Counted from the first letter of the stretch, positions 51,059-62,004 are shown. The stretch: 64,000 nt of DNA from Candidatus Binatia bacterium (GCA_963666515.2 OY762897.2:2912001-2976000); one strand, 5' to 3'. The notes: a model not told the origin generated them from the sequence alone. Made by a program: numbers and translations.

Positions 51059-52449
51059 GGCCTCTGTTCCCGCAACGACTCAAGCAGCGTCTCCCCTACC
51101 TTGTAGACGTCCCCGGCCCCGAGGGTGAGGACCATGTCCCCGTCCGCAAGCCGCGGCAGCAGCCCGCCGGCCACGTCCTCCTTCGCGGCCACGAACTCCA
51201 CGTCCATGTGGCCCCGGCGCCGGATGGCGCGGTACAGCTCCTCGCCGCTGGTCCCCGGCACCGGGTCCTCCCCGGCGGCGTAGATGTCCGTGAGGATCAG
51301 CCGGTGGGCGCGGTCGAACGCGGAGACGAAGTCCTCGAAGAGGTCCTTCGTGCGGCTGTAACGGTGGGGCTGGAACACCACCGTCAGGGGCCGCCCCCAG
51401 CCCTCGGTGAGGGCCTGCAGCGTGGTCTCGATCTCCGTGGGATGGTGTCCGTAGTCGTCCATCACCAGGACCCCGGCAGCCTCTCCCTTGATCTCCGACC
51501 GGCGATGGATGCCGGCGAAGACCTCCAGGGCCGCGGCCGCGGCGGCGAAGTCGACGCCCAGCTCCGCGGCGACGGCAATGGCCGCCAGCGCGTTGGCGAC
51601 GCTGTGCCGTCCCGGCATGGGCAAGGTCACCTCTCCCAGCGCCCGGCGGTGGTGCAGGACCGAGAAGGTGGACTCCATCCGCCGGGTGCGGACGCCTTCG
51701 GCGCTGAAGTCCGCGTCCCCCGAAAGGCCGTAGGTGACCATCCGCTTCTTCACCCGGGGCAGCAGGCCGCGCACCGCCGGGTGGTCGAGGCAAAGCGCGG
51801 CGACCCCGTAGAAGGGCACCTTGTTGATGAACTCCAGGAACGCGTCCGCCAGTTCTTCGGTGCCGCCGTAGTACTCGATGTGCTCGCGGTCGATGTTGGT
51901 CACCACCGCCACCGCCGGCGACAGCAGCAGGAAGGTGCCGTCGCTCTCGTCGGCCTCGGCCACCAGGATGTCGCCCCGGCCCATCTGGGCGTTGCCGGCC
52001 AGGGAACGTACCCGCCCGCCGATGACCAGGGTCGGGTCCATCCCCGCCTCGGTGAGCACGTGGCCGATCATCGACGTGGTGGTGGTCTTCCCGTGGCTTC
52101 CCGCCACCGCGACGCCGTACTTCATGCGCATCAGCTCGGCGAGCATCTCGGCCCGCGGGATCACCGGAATCTGCCGCTCCTTCGCCGCGGTCACCTCCGG
52201 GTTGGAGAACTTCACCGCGGTGGAGATCACCACCACCGAGAGGGCCTCGGCCAGGTTCGCGGCGTCGTGGCCGATGTGGACCTCGGCGCCCAGCGAGCGC
52301 AGCCGCCGGGTGGCGTCGCTCTCCTGGAGGTCGGAGCCGCTGATTTCATAGCCCAGGTTCAACAACACCTCCGCGATACCGCTCATCCCGACGCCGCCGA
52401 TGCCGACGAAATGCACCCGGTGGCGTCTTTCGAAAGTCCCCGGACCCAT
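51055..52449 (-). CDS. murC: UDP-N-acetylmuramate-L-alanine ligase
   Basis: GIGGVGMSG, GSHGKTTT, EADESD, DDYGHHPTE, FQPHRYSR. Confidence 0.96.
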   Translation of the reverse strand: MGPGTFERRHRVHFVGIGGVGMSGIAEVLLNLGYEISGSDLQESDATRRLRSLGAEVHIGHDAANLAEALSVVVISTAVKFSNPEVTAAKERQIPVIPRAEMLAELMRMKYGVAVAGSHGKTTTTSMIGHVLTEAGMDPTLVIGGRVRSLAGNAQMGRGDILVAEADESDGTFLLLSPAVAVVTNIDREHIEYYGGTEELADAFLEFINKVPFYGVAALCLDHPAVRGLLPRVKKRMVTYGLSGDADFSAEGVRTRRMESTFSVLHHRRALGEVTLPMPGRHSVANALAAIAVAAELGVDFAAAAAALEVFAGIHRRSEIKGEAAGVLVMDDYGHHPTEIETTLQALTEGWGRPLTVVFQPHRYSRTKDLFEDFVSAFDRAHRLILTDIYAAGEDPVPGTSGEELYRAIRRRGHMDVEFVAAKEDVAGGLLPRLADGDMVLTLGAGDVYKVGETLLESLREQRP

Positions 52450-53522
52450 CACGACCACCCGGGGACGAAGGCATGGCACTCGTCGACGATCCGTTCGGCC
52501 GCGTCCCCCCGGCCGAGGGCCGCCGCGGCCCGGCCCATGGCGGCTCGCCGCGCCGGGTCGGCGTGGAGCGCGCGGATGGCGCCGGCCAGGCCCGCGGGGG
52601 TCAGCTCCCGCTCCACGATCACTTCCGCGGCGCCGGCTTCCCCGACAGCCAGCGCGTTGAGCCGTTGATGGTCGTGGGCCGCGTAGGGGTACGGGATCAG
52701 CACCGAGGGCTTGCCGAAGACCGCAAGCTCGGACAGGGTCGAGGCGCCGGCGCGGCAGATCACCAGGTCGGCCGCGGCATACGCGACGTCCATCCGGTCG
52801 ATGAACGGCAGCACCTCGGCGCCGCACGGCAGCGACTCGTAGCCCTTTCTCACCAGGTCCTCGTCCGCGCGTCCGGTCTGGTGCGTGACCCGGAACCGGG
52901 CCGCGGCCTCGCCCAGGTGCGCCAACGCGCCCAGCACCGCCTCGTTGATCCGGTGGGCGCCGGCGCTGCCGCCGAAGACGAGCAGGTGGAACCCTTCCTC
53001 CCGCTCCACCTCGGGGAGCTTGCGCCAGCGGACCGGCGTGCCCGTCAGCACCACCTTGGCGCCGGGAAAATATTCGACGCTCTCGCGAAAGCTCGTGAAG
53101 ATCCGGTCCACCAGCCGCCCCAGGATGCGGTTGGTGAGTCCCGGGCGCAAGTTCTGCTCCAGGATGGCGCAGCGGATGCGCCGCGACACCCCGGCCAGCA
53201 AGAGCGGCCCCGAGGCGTAGCCGCCGAGCCCGATGATGCACTGGGGGTCGAACCGGCGGATGATCGCGCGCGAGCGCCACAGGCTCAGGGGTATTCCGTA
53301 GAAGCCCTCCAGCAACCCCTTGAGGCCGCGTCCCTTGAGGCCGCGGATCGGCAGCAGCTCCAGGGGGAACTCCGTCTCCGGGATGACCCGGCTCTCGATG
53401 CCCCAGCGGCTGCCCACGAAGAGGATGCGGGCGTCTTCGTTGCGCCGGCGGAATTCCCGCGCCACGGCGAGGCCGGGGAAGAGGTGTCCGCCGGTGCCGC
53501 CGCCGGCCACGATCAGTCGCAT
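52449..53522 (-). CDS. murG: Lipid II N-acetylglucosaminyltransferase
   Basis: GGGTGGH, GGSAGA, RAGAST, HQRLNA. Confidence 0.96.
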   Translation of the reverse strand: MRLIVAGGGTGGHLFPGLAVAREFRRRNEDARILFVGSRWGIESRVIPETEFPLELLPIRGLKGRGLKGLLEGFYGIPLSLWRSRAIIRRFDPQCIIGLGGYASGPLLLAGVSRRIRCAILEQNLRPGLTNRILGRLVDRIFTSFRESVEYFPGAKVVLTGTPVRWRKLPEVEREEGFHLLVFGGSAGAHRINEAVLGALAHLGEAAARFRVTHQTGRADEDLVRKGYESLPCGAEVLPFIDRMDVAYAAADLVICRAGASTLSELAVFGKPSVLIPYPYAAHDHQRLNALAVGEAGAAEVIVERELTPAGLAGAIRALHADPARRAAMGRAAAALGRGDAAERIVDECHAFVPGWS

Positions 53523-54619
53523 GGCTCCGCCCTCCGCCGGGAGACGCCGAGGAGCATCCCCGCGACCGTCAGGTGGACCACCAGGGCCGAGCCGCCGTAG
53601 CTCACGAACGGCAGCACCAGCCCCTTGGTGGGCACCAGGCCCATGACCACGCTCATGTGGACCAGCGCCTGGAGTCCCAGGAGGAGGGTGAGGCCGAACA
53701 CCATCAACCGGGTGAAAAGGTCCTCCCTTTCCAGGGCCAGCCGCATGCCGCGGAACAGCAGCACGCCGAAGAGTCCCACCACCAGCAGCGCGCCCCACAG
53801 GCCCAACTCCTCGCCGATGACCGAGTAGATGAAGTCCGTGTGCGCTTCGGGCAGGTACAGGAGCTTCTGCCGGCTCTGTCCCAGCCCCCGGCCCCACAAC
53901 TGGCCGGAGCCGAAGGCGATGTAGGACTGGATGATCTGGAAACCGCTGTTCGCGGAGTCGCTCCAGGGGTCCATGAAGGCCAACAGCCGCTTCACCCGGT
54001 AGTCCGCGGACATGACCAGGAAGGCGGCGGCCGGAAGCGCCGCCGCGGCCACCCCGGCCAGGTGTTTCACCCGCCCGCCGGCCACGAACAGCATGGCCAT
54101 GGCGACGACGGCCAGGATGAACGCCGAGCCGAAATCGGGCTCGGCCATCAGGAGGCCCACGAACACGCCGGTCACCAGCAACGGGGGCAGAACGCCGGAC
54201 AGGAACCCGTCCAACCGGTCGGTCCTCCTGGAGAGGGCCCAGGCCAGGTACAGCACGAAGCCCACCTTGGCCGGCTCCGAAGGCTGGAACACGAACGGAG
54301 GCACGCCCAGCCAGCGCTGGGCGCCGCCGCGGACCACGCCGACCTCCGGGACCAGCACCAGCACCAGGGCGGCAAGGGCGAGGACGAGCGACGGGAGCGC
54401 CAGGCGGCGCCAGATCGACGGCGGCAGCAGCAGGGCAAGGTAGAGGCCCAGCAGGCCGAGGCCGGCCGCCGCCAACTGCTTGCGGAATAGATAGGTGCCG
54501 TCGCCGAAACGCTCGTGGGAAAAGAGGTAGCTGGTGTTCAGCACCATGGTGACACCGATGGCGAGCAGCGCCATCAGGCTCACGAGCATCCAGCGGTCCA
54601 CGTTGCGAATCGCGCTCAT
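53513..54619 (-). CDS. ftsW: Peptidoglycan glycosyltransferase FtsW
   Basis: GAQRW, FQPSE, EPDFG, LPEAHTDF, PFVSYGGS. Confidence 0.96.
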   Translation of the reverse strand: MSAIRNVDRWMLVSLMALLAIGVTMVLNTSYLFSHERFGDGTYLFRKQLAAAGLGLLGLYLALLLPPSIWRRLALPSLVLALAALVLVLVPEVGVVRGGAQRWLGVPPFVFQPSEPAKVGFVLYLAWALSRRTDRLDGFLSGVLPPLLVTGVFVGLLMAEPDFGSAFILAVVAMAMLFVAGGRVKHLAGVAAAALPAAAFLVMSADYRVKRLLAFMDPWSDSANSGFQIIQSYIAFGSGQLWGRGLGQSRQKLLYLPEAHTDFIYSVIGEELGLWGALLVVGLFGVLLFRGMRLALEREDLFTRLMVFGLTLLLGLQALVHMSVVMGLVPTKGLVLPFVSYGGSALVVHLTVAGMLLGVSRRRAEPCD

Positions 54620-55950
54620 AGCGCCTGCACCATCTCCTTGAACGCTCGGCCGCGCTCGGCGTAGTTCTCGAACATGTCGAAGCTCGAGCACGCCGGCGAC
54701 AGCAGCACCACGTCTCCGGCGCGCGCGGCGGCCCGCGCCTCCTCCACCGCTTCCCGGAGGTCCTTCACCACCGAGGTGTCGGTCAAGGTTCCCAGGGCCT
54801 TCTTCATGAGGCCGGCGGCCTCGCCCAACAGGATCAACTTCCGCACCCGCTCCCGCACCAGCGGTTCCAGGTCCCGGTAGCTGCCGCCCTTGTGGACTCC
54901 GCCGGCGATCAGCACGATGGGATCGTCGAAGCTGGCCAGCGACTTTCGGACGGCGCCGACGTTGGTGCCCTTGGAGTCGTTGAAGTAGCGCGTGCCGCCG
55001 ACCTCCCGCACGAACTCCAGCCGGTGCTCGATGCCGGGGAACCGCTTGGCGGCCGTCCGGACGTGGCCTGCCTCGACGCCCACGGCCTTGGCCGCGCACA
55101 CCGCGGCCATGACGTTCTCGACGTTGTGGACCCCGCGCAGCCTGACGTCCCGCAACGGGAACCGATCTTCGGCCCCGCCGCCGCGCCAGACGACGGCGTC
55201 GTCCGTGGCGAAAGCCCCTTCCTCCACCTCCGACCAGCCGAAGGAGACCACCCGGGCGGCCAGCTCGTGGCGCAATTCCCACACCCAGGGGTCGTCCCGG
55301 TTCAGCACGGCGACGTCGCCGGGATGCTGGGCGGCGAAGATCCGGGCCTTGGCCGCGCCGTAGCTCGACAGGCCGTCGTAGCGGTCGAGGTGGTCCTCGC
55401 TGAGGTTCAGGAACAGCGCCACCCGCGGCCGGAAATCCCGCACCCATTCGAGCTGGAAGCTGCTCACCTCCACCACCCCCCAGTCCCAGTCGCCTCCGGC
55501 GTACTCGATGAGCGGGCTGCCGATGTTGCCGCCCGCGAACACTCGCAGGCCCGCCGCCTCGATCATCGCCGCCGCCAGCCGGGTGGTGGTGGTCTTCCCG
55601 TTGGTGCCGGTCACGGCCACCATGGGCGTGGCGCTGAAACGGACGGCCAGCTCGATCTCGCTCAGCACCTCGATGCCCCGGCCGGCGGCTTCCACCAGCA
55701 GCGTGTTGTCCTGCGGCACTCCCGGGCTGGGGACCACCGCGTCCACGCCGTCGAGCCAAGCCGTCTCCTCCGGCCCGAAATGGCAGATGGCGGACAACCG
55801 CGACAGCTCCGCGCTGGCCTGCCGCATCTGGTCTTCACCGCGGGCGTCAACGCCTATCACGCGCGCGCCGCGGCCGGTCAGAAACCGCGCCACCGCCAGT
55901 CCGGTGCGGGCAAGACCCAACACCAGTATCTTTCTGCCTTCGAGTTCCAT
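54616..55950 (-). CDS. murD: UDP-N-acetylmuramoylalanine-D-glutamate ligase
   Basis: GTNGKTT, EVSSFQL, DHLDRY, NDSKGTN, SPACSSFD. Confidence 0.96.
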   Translation of the reverse strand: MELEGRKILVLGLARTGLAVARFLTGRGARVIGVDARGEDQMRQASAELSRLSAICHFGPEETAWLDGVDAVVPSPGVPQDNTLLVEAAGRGIEVLSEIELAVRFSATPMVAVTGTNGKTTTTRLAAAMIEAAGLRVFAGGNIGSPLIEYAGGDWDWGVVEVSSFQLEWVRDFRPRVALFLNLSEDHLDRYDGLSSYGAAKARIFAAQHPGDVAVLNRDDPWVWELRHELAARVVSFGWSEVEEGAFATDDAVVWRGGGAEDRFPLRDVRLRGVHNVENVMAAVCAAKAVGVEAGHVRTAAKRFPGIEHRLEFVREVGGTRYFNDSKGTNVGAVRKSLASFDDPIVLIAGGVHKGGSYRDLEPLVRERVRKLILLGEAAGLMKKALGTLTDTSVVKDLREAVEEARAAARAGDVVLLSPACSSFDMFENYAERGRAFKEMVQAL

Positions 55951-56024
55951 CACGGGTTCCCCACCCGTTTCAGGCTCCGTGTTGCGCGCCTCCGCCGTTG
56001 CCGTCGACCTCACTCCAGGACCCT

Positions 56025-57101
56025 TCAGCGCAGCTTCAACGTGCTCAGCGCGACCAGCGCGCAGATGATCGACACGATCCAGAACCGCACGATGATCTGC
56101 GGCTCCGGCCAACCCTTCAACTCGTAGTGATGGTGTATGGGCGCCATGCGGAAGACCCGTTTGCCGCGCAGCCTGAAGGAGGCCACCTGGACGATCACCG
56201 ACACGGCCTCCACCACGAAGACGCCGCCCACCACCACCAGCAGGATCTCGTTCTTGCTGATGACCGCGACGATCCCGAGCGCGGCTCCCAGCCCCAGGCT
56301 TCCGACGTCGCCCATGAAGATCTGCGCGGGATAGGTGTTGAACCAGAGGAAGCCCAGGCCCGCGGCCACCACCGCGGCGCAGAACACCGACAGCTCGCCC
56401 ACCCGGGACACGTAGGGGATCTGGAGGTACTCGGCGAACTTCACGTGGCCCGCCAGATACACGATCAGGGCGTAGGCGCCCGCCGCGGTCATCACCGGCC
56501 CGATGGCCAGCCCGTCCAGCCCGTCGGTCAGGTTCACGGCATTGGAAGCCCCCACCACCACCACCACCGCGAACGGGATGTACCAGAACCCGAAGTCCGG
56601 CTGCACGTTCTTGAGAAAGGGCACCGCGACCGTGCTGCTGAAATCGGACTGCATGAGCAGCACCACGGCCGCGGCCGCGGCCACCGCCATCTGCGGGACG
56701 AGCTTGCTCCACATGCCCAGCCCGCGGCTGCTCTTGCTGCGGACCTTGATGCAGTCGTCGATGAAGCCGATGCCGGCGAAGGCCACCGTCACGGCCAGGG
56801 CTACCAGCACGTACACGTTGGTGATGTCGCTCACCAGCACCGTGGACAGCGCCAGGGAAAGCACGATCAGGGTCCCGCCCATGGTGGGGGTGCCGGCCTT
56901 GCCGGCGTGGTGGGCCGGGCCGTCGTCCCGGATCGGCTGTCCGATCTGCCACTGCTTGAGCGAGCGGATCAGGTAGGGGCCGATGACGAACGAGAGCAGC
57001 AGGGTCACGAGCGCGGCCAGGGCCGCCCGGAACGTGATGTAACGGAACACGTTGAAGACCGGGAAGGTCGAGTGCAGCGGGAACAGCAGCAGGTACAGCA
57101 C
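56025..57101 (-). CDS. mraY: Phospho-N-acetylmuramoyl-pentapeptide transferase
   Basis: GTPTMGG, NAVNLTDGLDG, FMGDVG, MAPIHHH. Confidence 0.97.
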   Translation of the reverse strand: MLYLLLFPLHSTFPVFNVFRYITFRAALAALVTLLLSFVIGPYLIRSLKQWQIGQPIRDDGPAHHAGKAGTPTMGGTLIVLSLALSTVLVSDITNVYVLVALAVTVAFAGIGFIDDCIKVRSKSSRGLGMWSKLVPQMAVAAAAAVVLLMQSDFSSTVAVPFLKNVQPDFGFWYIPFAVVVVVGASNAVNLTDGLDGLAIGPVMTAAGAYALIVYLAGHVKFAEYLQIPYVSRVGELSVFCAAVVAAGLGFLWFNTYPAQIFMGDVGSLGLGAALGIVAVISKNEILLVVVGGVFVVEAVSVIVQVASFRLRGKRVFRMAPIHHHYELKGWPEPQIIVRFWIVSIICALVALSTLKLR

Positions 57102-57105
57102 GACG

Positions 57106-58503
57106 CTACGCTCCTTCGTCCTTCATCGCAGCGATCACCTTCTCCATGGCCGCGCCCCGGGAACCCTTGACCAGCAGCCAGTCGCCCTTGCGGACCTCCG
57201 CCCGCAACGCCGACCCCAGCTTCCGGTGGCTCCGGGCCACCCGGACGGCGGCCGGGTCCATGCCGGACCCGACCGCTCCCTGCAGGGTGTCGCGGGCGAA
57301 GCGCCCCAGGAGGTAGAGGGCGTCCAGCCCGCAACCGGCCGCAACCGCCCCGATCTCACGGTGGCACGCGGCCTCGTCCGTTCCCATCTCCCGCATCTCA
57401 CCCAGCACGGCGATCCTCCGCCCCCGTCCGGGAATCGTTTTCAGCGTTGCCAGCGCCGCCTCCATGGAGGCGGGATTGGCGTTGTAGGCGTCGTTGATGA
57501 TGCCGATGCCGGCCCAGCGCTCCACCTGCATGCGCATGGGCGCCGGCCGCACCGCTTCGAGGCCCTGCCGGATGGCCGCCACGTCGGCCCCGAAGGCATG
57601 GGCCATGGCCGCGGCTCCCACCGCGTTCCGCACGTTGTGCATGCCGCACAGGCGCAGCCGCACCGGCTCCCGGCGGCGCCCCACCCGCAGGTTGAACCGC
57701 AGCCGTCCGCCGGCCAGCATCTGCGGGTCCTCGCCGCGGACGAAGCCGCCGGCGCCGTAGGTCACCACCCGGCCCTCGAAGCTCCTGCTCTGGCGCACCA
57801 CCCGGCTGTCGTCCAGGTTCACCACCGCGGTTCCCTGCCGGTTCAACCCCCGGAAGATCGCCCCTTTCTCGCGCGCGACGCCCGCCACCGTCCCCAGCCC
57901 CGCAAGATGGGCCGGCGCCACCGACGTGATGAGGGCCACGTCCGGGTCGGCGATGGCCGTGAGCCGCCGGATCTCTCCCGGCCGGTTGGTGCCCAACTCC
58001 ACCACGGCCGCCCTTTCGTTCCCCCGCAGACGCAGCAGCGTCAGCGGCAGTCCCACCAGGTTGTTGTAGTTGCCCTCGGTCTTGAGCACCTTGCCGCGCA
58101 ACGGACGGTCCTCCATGCGAGCGCGCTGCAGGATGGAGAAGACCATTTCCTTGGTCGTGGTCTTCCCGTTGGAGCCGGTGATGGCCAGCACCCGGGGCGC
58201 CAGCTTTTGCCGGCGGAAACGGGCGATGTCGCCCAGCGCCCGCAGCGTGTCGCGCACGCGAATGACCGACGCCCCTTTCGACCCCCGCGCGTCCCGCTCC
58301 ACCACCACGCACGCGCCGCCCCGGCGCACGGCTTCGGACACGAACGCGTGGCCGTCCCGCGATTCTCCGCGAAGCGCCACGAATACTCCGTCCTGCTCCA
58401 CCCGCCGCGAATCCGTGCTGACGCCCCCGAGCGCCGTCACGGCGCCGCGCCGGACGATGGTCCCATGGGCGGCCCGCGCCAGCTCTTCAAGGGTCCACTC
58501 CAT
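57106..58503 (-). CDS. murF: UDP-MurNAc-tripeptide-D-Ala-D-Ala ligase
   Basis: TDSR, TGSNGKTTT, GNYNN, NDAYNANP, KGSRG. Confidence 0.96.
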   Translation of the reverse strand: MEWTLEELARAAHGTIVRRGAVTALGGVSTDSRRVEQDGVFVALRGESRDGHAFVSEAVRRGGACVVVERDARGSKGASVIRVRDTLRALGDIARFRRQKLAPRVLAITGSNGKTTTKEMVFSILQRARMEDRPLRGKVLKTEGNYNNLVGLPLTLLRLRGNERAAVVELGTNRPGEIRRLTAIADPDVALITSVAPAHLAGLGTVAGVAREKGAIFRGLNRQGTAVVNLDDSRVVRQSRSFEGRVVTYGAGGFVRGEDPQMLAGGRLRFNLRVGRRREPVRLRLCGMHNVRNAVGAAAMAHAFGADVAAIRQGLEAVRPAPMRMQVERWAGIGIINDAYNANPASMEAALATLKTIPGRGRRIAVLGEMREMGTDEAACHREIGAVAAGCGLDALYLLGRFARDTLQGAVGSGMDPAAVRVARSHRKLGSALRAEVRKGDWLLVKGSRGAAMEKVIAAMKDEGA

Positions 58504-58528
58504 GGCCTCTTCACACCGCGATCCCGCG

Positions 58529-60055
58529 TCAACCGCCCAGGCCGGCGACCTCTTCCCGCAGCACCTGCCGGTCGTCGAAATGGAGCCGCCGGTCTCCCTG
58601 GATCTGGTAGTCCTCGTGCCCCTTGCCGGCCACCAGCACCACGTCCCCCGGCGCCGCCAGCGAGACGCCCAGGCGGATGGCGGAACGCCGGTCGGGCTCG
58701 ATCCAGTATCCGGCCTGGCCGGCGGCGTCTCCCTCCCGAAGCTGCCTCATGCCGCAGCCGCGGACGCCTTCTTCGATGTCGCGAATGATGGCCAGCGGCT
58801 CCTCGCCGCGCGGGTTGTCGGACGTGAGCACCACGCAGTCGCTGTCCGAGGCGGCGATCTCGCCCATGACCGGACGTTTCCCCGCGTCCCGGTCGCCGCC
58901 GCAGCCGAACACCGTGATCAGCCTCGCGCCGGTCAACGCCCGCAGCGCCCGGATGACCTTGGCCAGGGCATCCGGCGTATGGGCGTAGTCCACCACCAAG
59001 GTGATCCCCAGGCCGTTGGGCACCGGCTCGAGCCGTCCCGGCACGCGTTCCAGCCGGGCGAGCCCCGCGGCGATGGCGCCCGGATCGACCCCCAGTGCCC
59101 ACGCGGCTCCCGCGGCCGCCAGGATGTTCTCGAGGTTCGGCTCGCCCATGAGCGGCGACTCGAACTCGATGCGCCGGGGCCCGCACGCAAGGGTCCCGCT
59201 CAATCCCGCGAGCCCGCCCTCCCAGCGCACGGGGTGGATGTCCCACCGCGGCGAGCGGCCGTAGGTGAGGGTCGCCACTCCGGCCTCTCCGGCCAGACGG
59301 ACCAGGTCGAGGCCGCGCGGGTCATCGGCGTTGATGACCGCGAACGGTCTTTCCTTGGCGCCGGCGGGCAGGCAATCGGTGAACAGCCTCGCCTTGCTGG
59401 CAAAGTACGACTCCATGTCGCGGTGATAGTCCAGGTGGTCCCGGGACAGGTTGGTGAATACCGCGCCGTCGAAGTCGAGCCCGTCCGCCCGGTGCAGGTC
59501 CAGCGCGTGGGAGGAGACCTCCATGGCGACGAACCTCACGCCCGCGGCCGCCATGTCGGACAGAAGCTCCTCGACGTCGATGGACTCGGGGGTGGTGAGC
59601 GGCGACGGCCGCTGCCACCGGCCGTAACGCTGGCTGATGGTGCCGATGACCCCGCACGGGTCGCCGGCCGCGGAGAAGATGGCGTCGAGCAGGTACGTGA
59701 CCGTGGTCTTGCCGTTGGTGCCGGTCACCCCCACCAGCACCAGCGCGCGGCTCGGATGCCCGAAGAACGCCGCGGCCGCGTGGGCCACCGCCCGCCGCGT
59801 GTTCGACACCCGCACGCAGGCGGCTTCCGGCGGCGCCGCAACCGGTCTTTCCACCACCACCGCGGCCGCCCCCCGCTCCACGGCATCGTCGACGTAGTCA
59901 TGGCCGTCCGCGAGCTGTCCCGCGAGCGCGAAGAAGGCGTAGCCGTCCCGGACCTTCCGGGAGTCGCAGGCGAGACCCTGGACGGGGCGGTCCAGGAACC
60001 CCCTTCCGTCGCGGATGTCCCGCGTGTGCAACAACTCCCGGAGCAGCATCGGCAT
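58529..60055 (-). CDS. murE: UDP-MurNAc-L-Ala-D-Glu-diaminopimelate ligase
   Basis: GTNGKTT, MEVSSH, DYAHTPD, DNPR, GKGHE. Confidence 0.96.
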   Translation of the reverse strand: MPMLLRELLHTRDIRDGRGFLDRPVQGLACDSRKVRDGYAFFALAGQLADGHDYVDDAVERGAAAVVVERPVAAPPEAACVRVSNTRRAVAHAAAAFFGHPSRALVLVGVTGTNGKTTVTYLLDAIFSAAGDPCGVIGTISQRYGRWQRPSPLTTPESIDVEELLSDMAAAGVRFVAMEVSSHALDLHRADGLDFDGAVFTNLSRDHLDYHRDMESYFASKARLFTDCLPAGAKERPFAVINADDPRGLDLVRLAGEAGVATLTYGRSPRWDIHPVRWEGGLAGLSGTLACGPRRIEFESPLMGEPNLENILAAAGAAWALGVDPGAIAAGLARLERVPGRLEPVPNGLGITLVVDYAHTPDALAKVIRALRALTGARLITVFGCGGDRDAGKRPVMGEIAASDSDCVVLTSDNPRGEEPLAIIRDIEEGVRGCGMRQLREGDAAGQAGYWIEPDRRSAIRLGVSLAAPGDVVLVAGKGHEDYQIQGDRRLHFDDRQVLREEVAGLGG

Positions 60056-62004
60056 CAGTCCTTCAACGTCAACACCAGGCGCCCGCCGGGGCCGTCGGTC
60101 CGCTGGTTGACCACGTAGCCGTGGCCGCGGAGAACCAGGGAGAACTTGTGCCGTCTGGCCTTGTCCACGGCCTCCCGCATGCTCATGCCGACGAGGTTCG
60201 GTCCCGCTTCGGCGCCGGCCGGCTTGCGGCGCCGCGGGGTCTTGCGGGAAACCCGGATGACGCCGTTGCTTTCCGCCGGGAGGTCCGGCAGGAGCCGGGG
60301 GTTCGGCTTCGCCCCGAGAGCGTGGAGCGCGGGAGCCGCGATCCGGCGGAACAGGGGCGCGGCCACCACGCCCCCGTACACGTTGACCGTGGGTTCGTCC
60401 ACCAGGGTCAGGAGCACGAAACGGGGCTCGGCCGCGGGCACGAAGCCGACGAACGAGGCGACCCGCTTGGTCTTGGAGTAGCCGCCCTTGACCGTATCGG
60501 CCTTCTGGGAGGTGCCGGTCTTGCCGGCCGCTTCGAACCCGGCCACCGCGGCCCGCGTGCCGGTGCCGCCCTGGGCCACCACCCCCTTCAGGATGTCGGC
60601 CACGGTGCGGGCCGTGGCTCTGGAGACGACTCGCCGCACCAGTTCCGGCCGTTGCTGCAGCAGGACCCTGCCGTCTTCGTCCACCACATGGTCCACGACG
60701 TACGGCTTCATGAGCAGACCGCCGTTGGCGATGGCGGAGAAGGCCATGACCATCTGCAGGGGCGTCACGGAGACGGACTGCCCGAAGGAGACCGCGGCGA
60801 GGTCGATGTCGTACCACGTCCGGTGCGGCCGCACCTTGCCCGACACCTCGCCGGGGAGGTCGACGCCCGTCTTCGCGCCGAAGCCGAACCGCCGGATGTA
60901 GCGGTGGTACCGCTCCCGCCCGAGCTTGTCCGCCACCTTGGTCACGCCGATGTTGCTGGAGAGCTGAAGCACCCGGGCGAAGGACAGCCAGCCGTATTCC
61001 TTGAAGTCGTGTATGGTGCGGCCGCCGTATCGGTAACGGCCGAACTCGCAGAAAATCAGGTCCTCCCGCCCGACCACGCCCTCCTCCAGAGCGGCCGCGG
61101 CCAGCACCGCCTTGAAGACGGAGCCCGGCTCGTAGGTGTCGGTGACGGCGCGGATGCGCCACCGGTCCCGGTCCTGATCGCGGAACCGGTTGGGGTTGAA
61201 GAAGGGGTAGCTGGCCAGCGCCAGCACCGCGCCGGTGAACGGGTCCGCCATCACCACCGTGCCGCCCTTGGCGCGAAACCGTTTCACGGTCGCTTCCAGG
61301 TGTTTCTCGGCGAGGTGCTGGAGCGTCGTGTCGAGGGTCAGGCGCACGTCGGCTCCGGGACGGATATTGAGGTCATCCAGACCCGTGACCAGGACGCGAC
61401 GGCCCAACGCGTCCCGCTCCGCCACCGAAGAGCGGGGCTTGCCGCGGATGTGGCGGTCGTAGCTGCGCTCGACCCCCTCCAGTCCCTGCGCGGCCGTTCC
61501 CACCAGGCCCAGGGCCTGCCCGGCGAGGTGACCCTGCGGGTAGTAGCGTTTCGACTCGTGGGCCAGGCCGACCCCTTCGATCTTCAGGGCTCGGACGCGT
61601 TTCGCTTCGCGCGGCTTCACCTGCCGCTTGAGCCACACGAAGCGCTTGCCGGAAGCGAGCTTGCGGCGCACCTCCGCGCGCTTCATGCCCAAGGCGCGCG
61701 CCAGCGCCCGCGCGGCCTTCTCGGGCGACTTCAAACTCCGCGGCCTCACGTACACGGACCGGGACTCGACGCTGATGGCCAACGAGTCTCCGTTGCGGCT
61801 CACGATGTTACCGCGCTTTGGCACGAAGATCCGTTCCTGAAGGTGCTGCTTCTCGCCGAGCCGCGCCAGCCGGGCGCCGTCGAAAGCCTGGAGCTGGACG
61901 GCCCGCACCGCCACCGCCAGCAGCAGCGCCAGCAGCAGACCGGCGGTCAGCCGCAGCCGCAAGCGCAATTTCGCGGTAGGGTCCTGTGTCTCGGTCTTGG
62001 TCAC
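60055..62004 (-). CDS. ftsI: Penicillin-binding protein FtsI with C-terminal PASTA-like domain
   Basis: RGNIVSRNG, EPGSVFK, SSN, KTGT; GTG start overlaps the ftsL stop. Confidence 0.93.
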   Translation of the reverse strand: MTKTETQDPTAKLRLRLRLTAGLLLALLLAVAVRAVQLQAFDGARLARLGEKQHLQERIFVPKRGNIVSRNGDSLAISVESRSVYVRPRSLKSPEKAARALARALGMKRAEVRRKLASGKRFVWLKRQVKPREAKRVRALKIEGVGLAHESKRYYPQGHLAGQALGLVGTAAQGLEGVERSYDRHIRGKPRSSVAERDALGRRVLVTGLDDLNIRPGADVRLTLDTTLQHLAEKHLEATVKRFRAKGGTVVMADPFTGAVLALASYPFFNPNRFRDQDRDRWRIRAVTDTYEPGSVFKAVLAAAALEEGVVGREDLIFCEFGRYRYGGRTIHDFKEYGWLSFARVLQLSSNIGVTKVADKLGRERYHRYIRRFGFGAKTGVDLPGEVSGKVRPHRTWYDIDLAAVSFGQSVSVTPLQMVMAFSAIANGGLLMKPYVVDHVVDEDGRVLLQQRPELVRRVVSRATARTVADILKGVVAQGGTGTRAAVAGFEAAGKTGTSQKADTVKGGYSKTKRVASFVGFVPAAEPRFVLLTLVDEPTVNVYGGVVAAPLFRRIAAPALHALGAKPNPRLLPDLPAESNGVIRVSRKTPRRRKPAGAEAGPNLVGMSMREAVDKARRHKFSLVLRGHGYVVNQRTDGPGGRLVLTLKD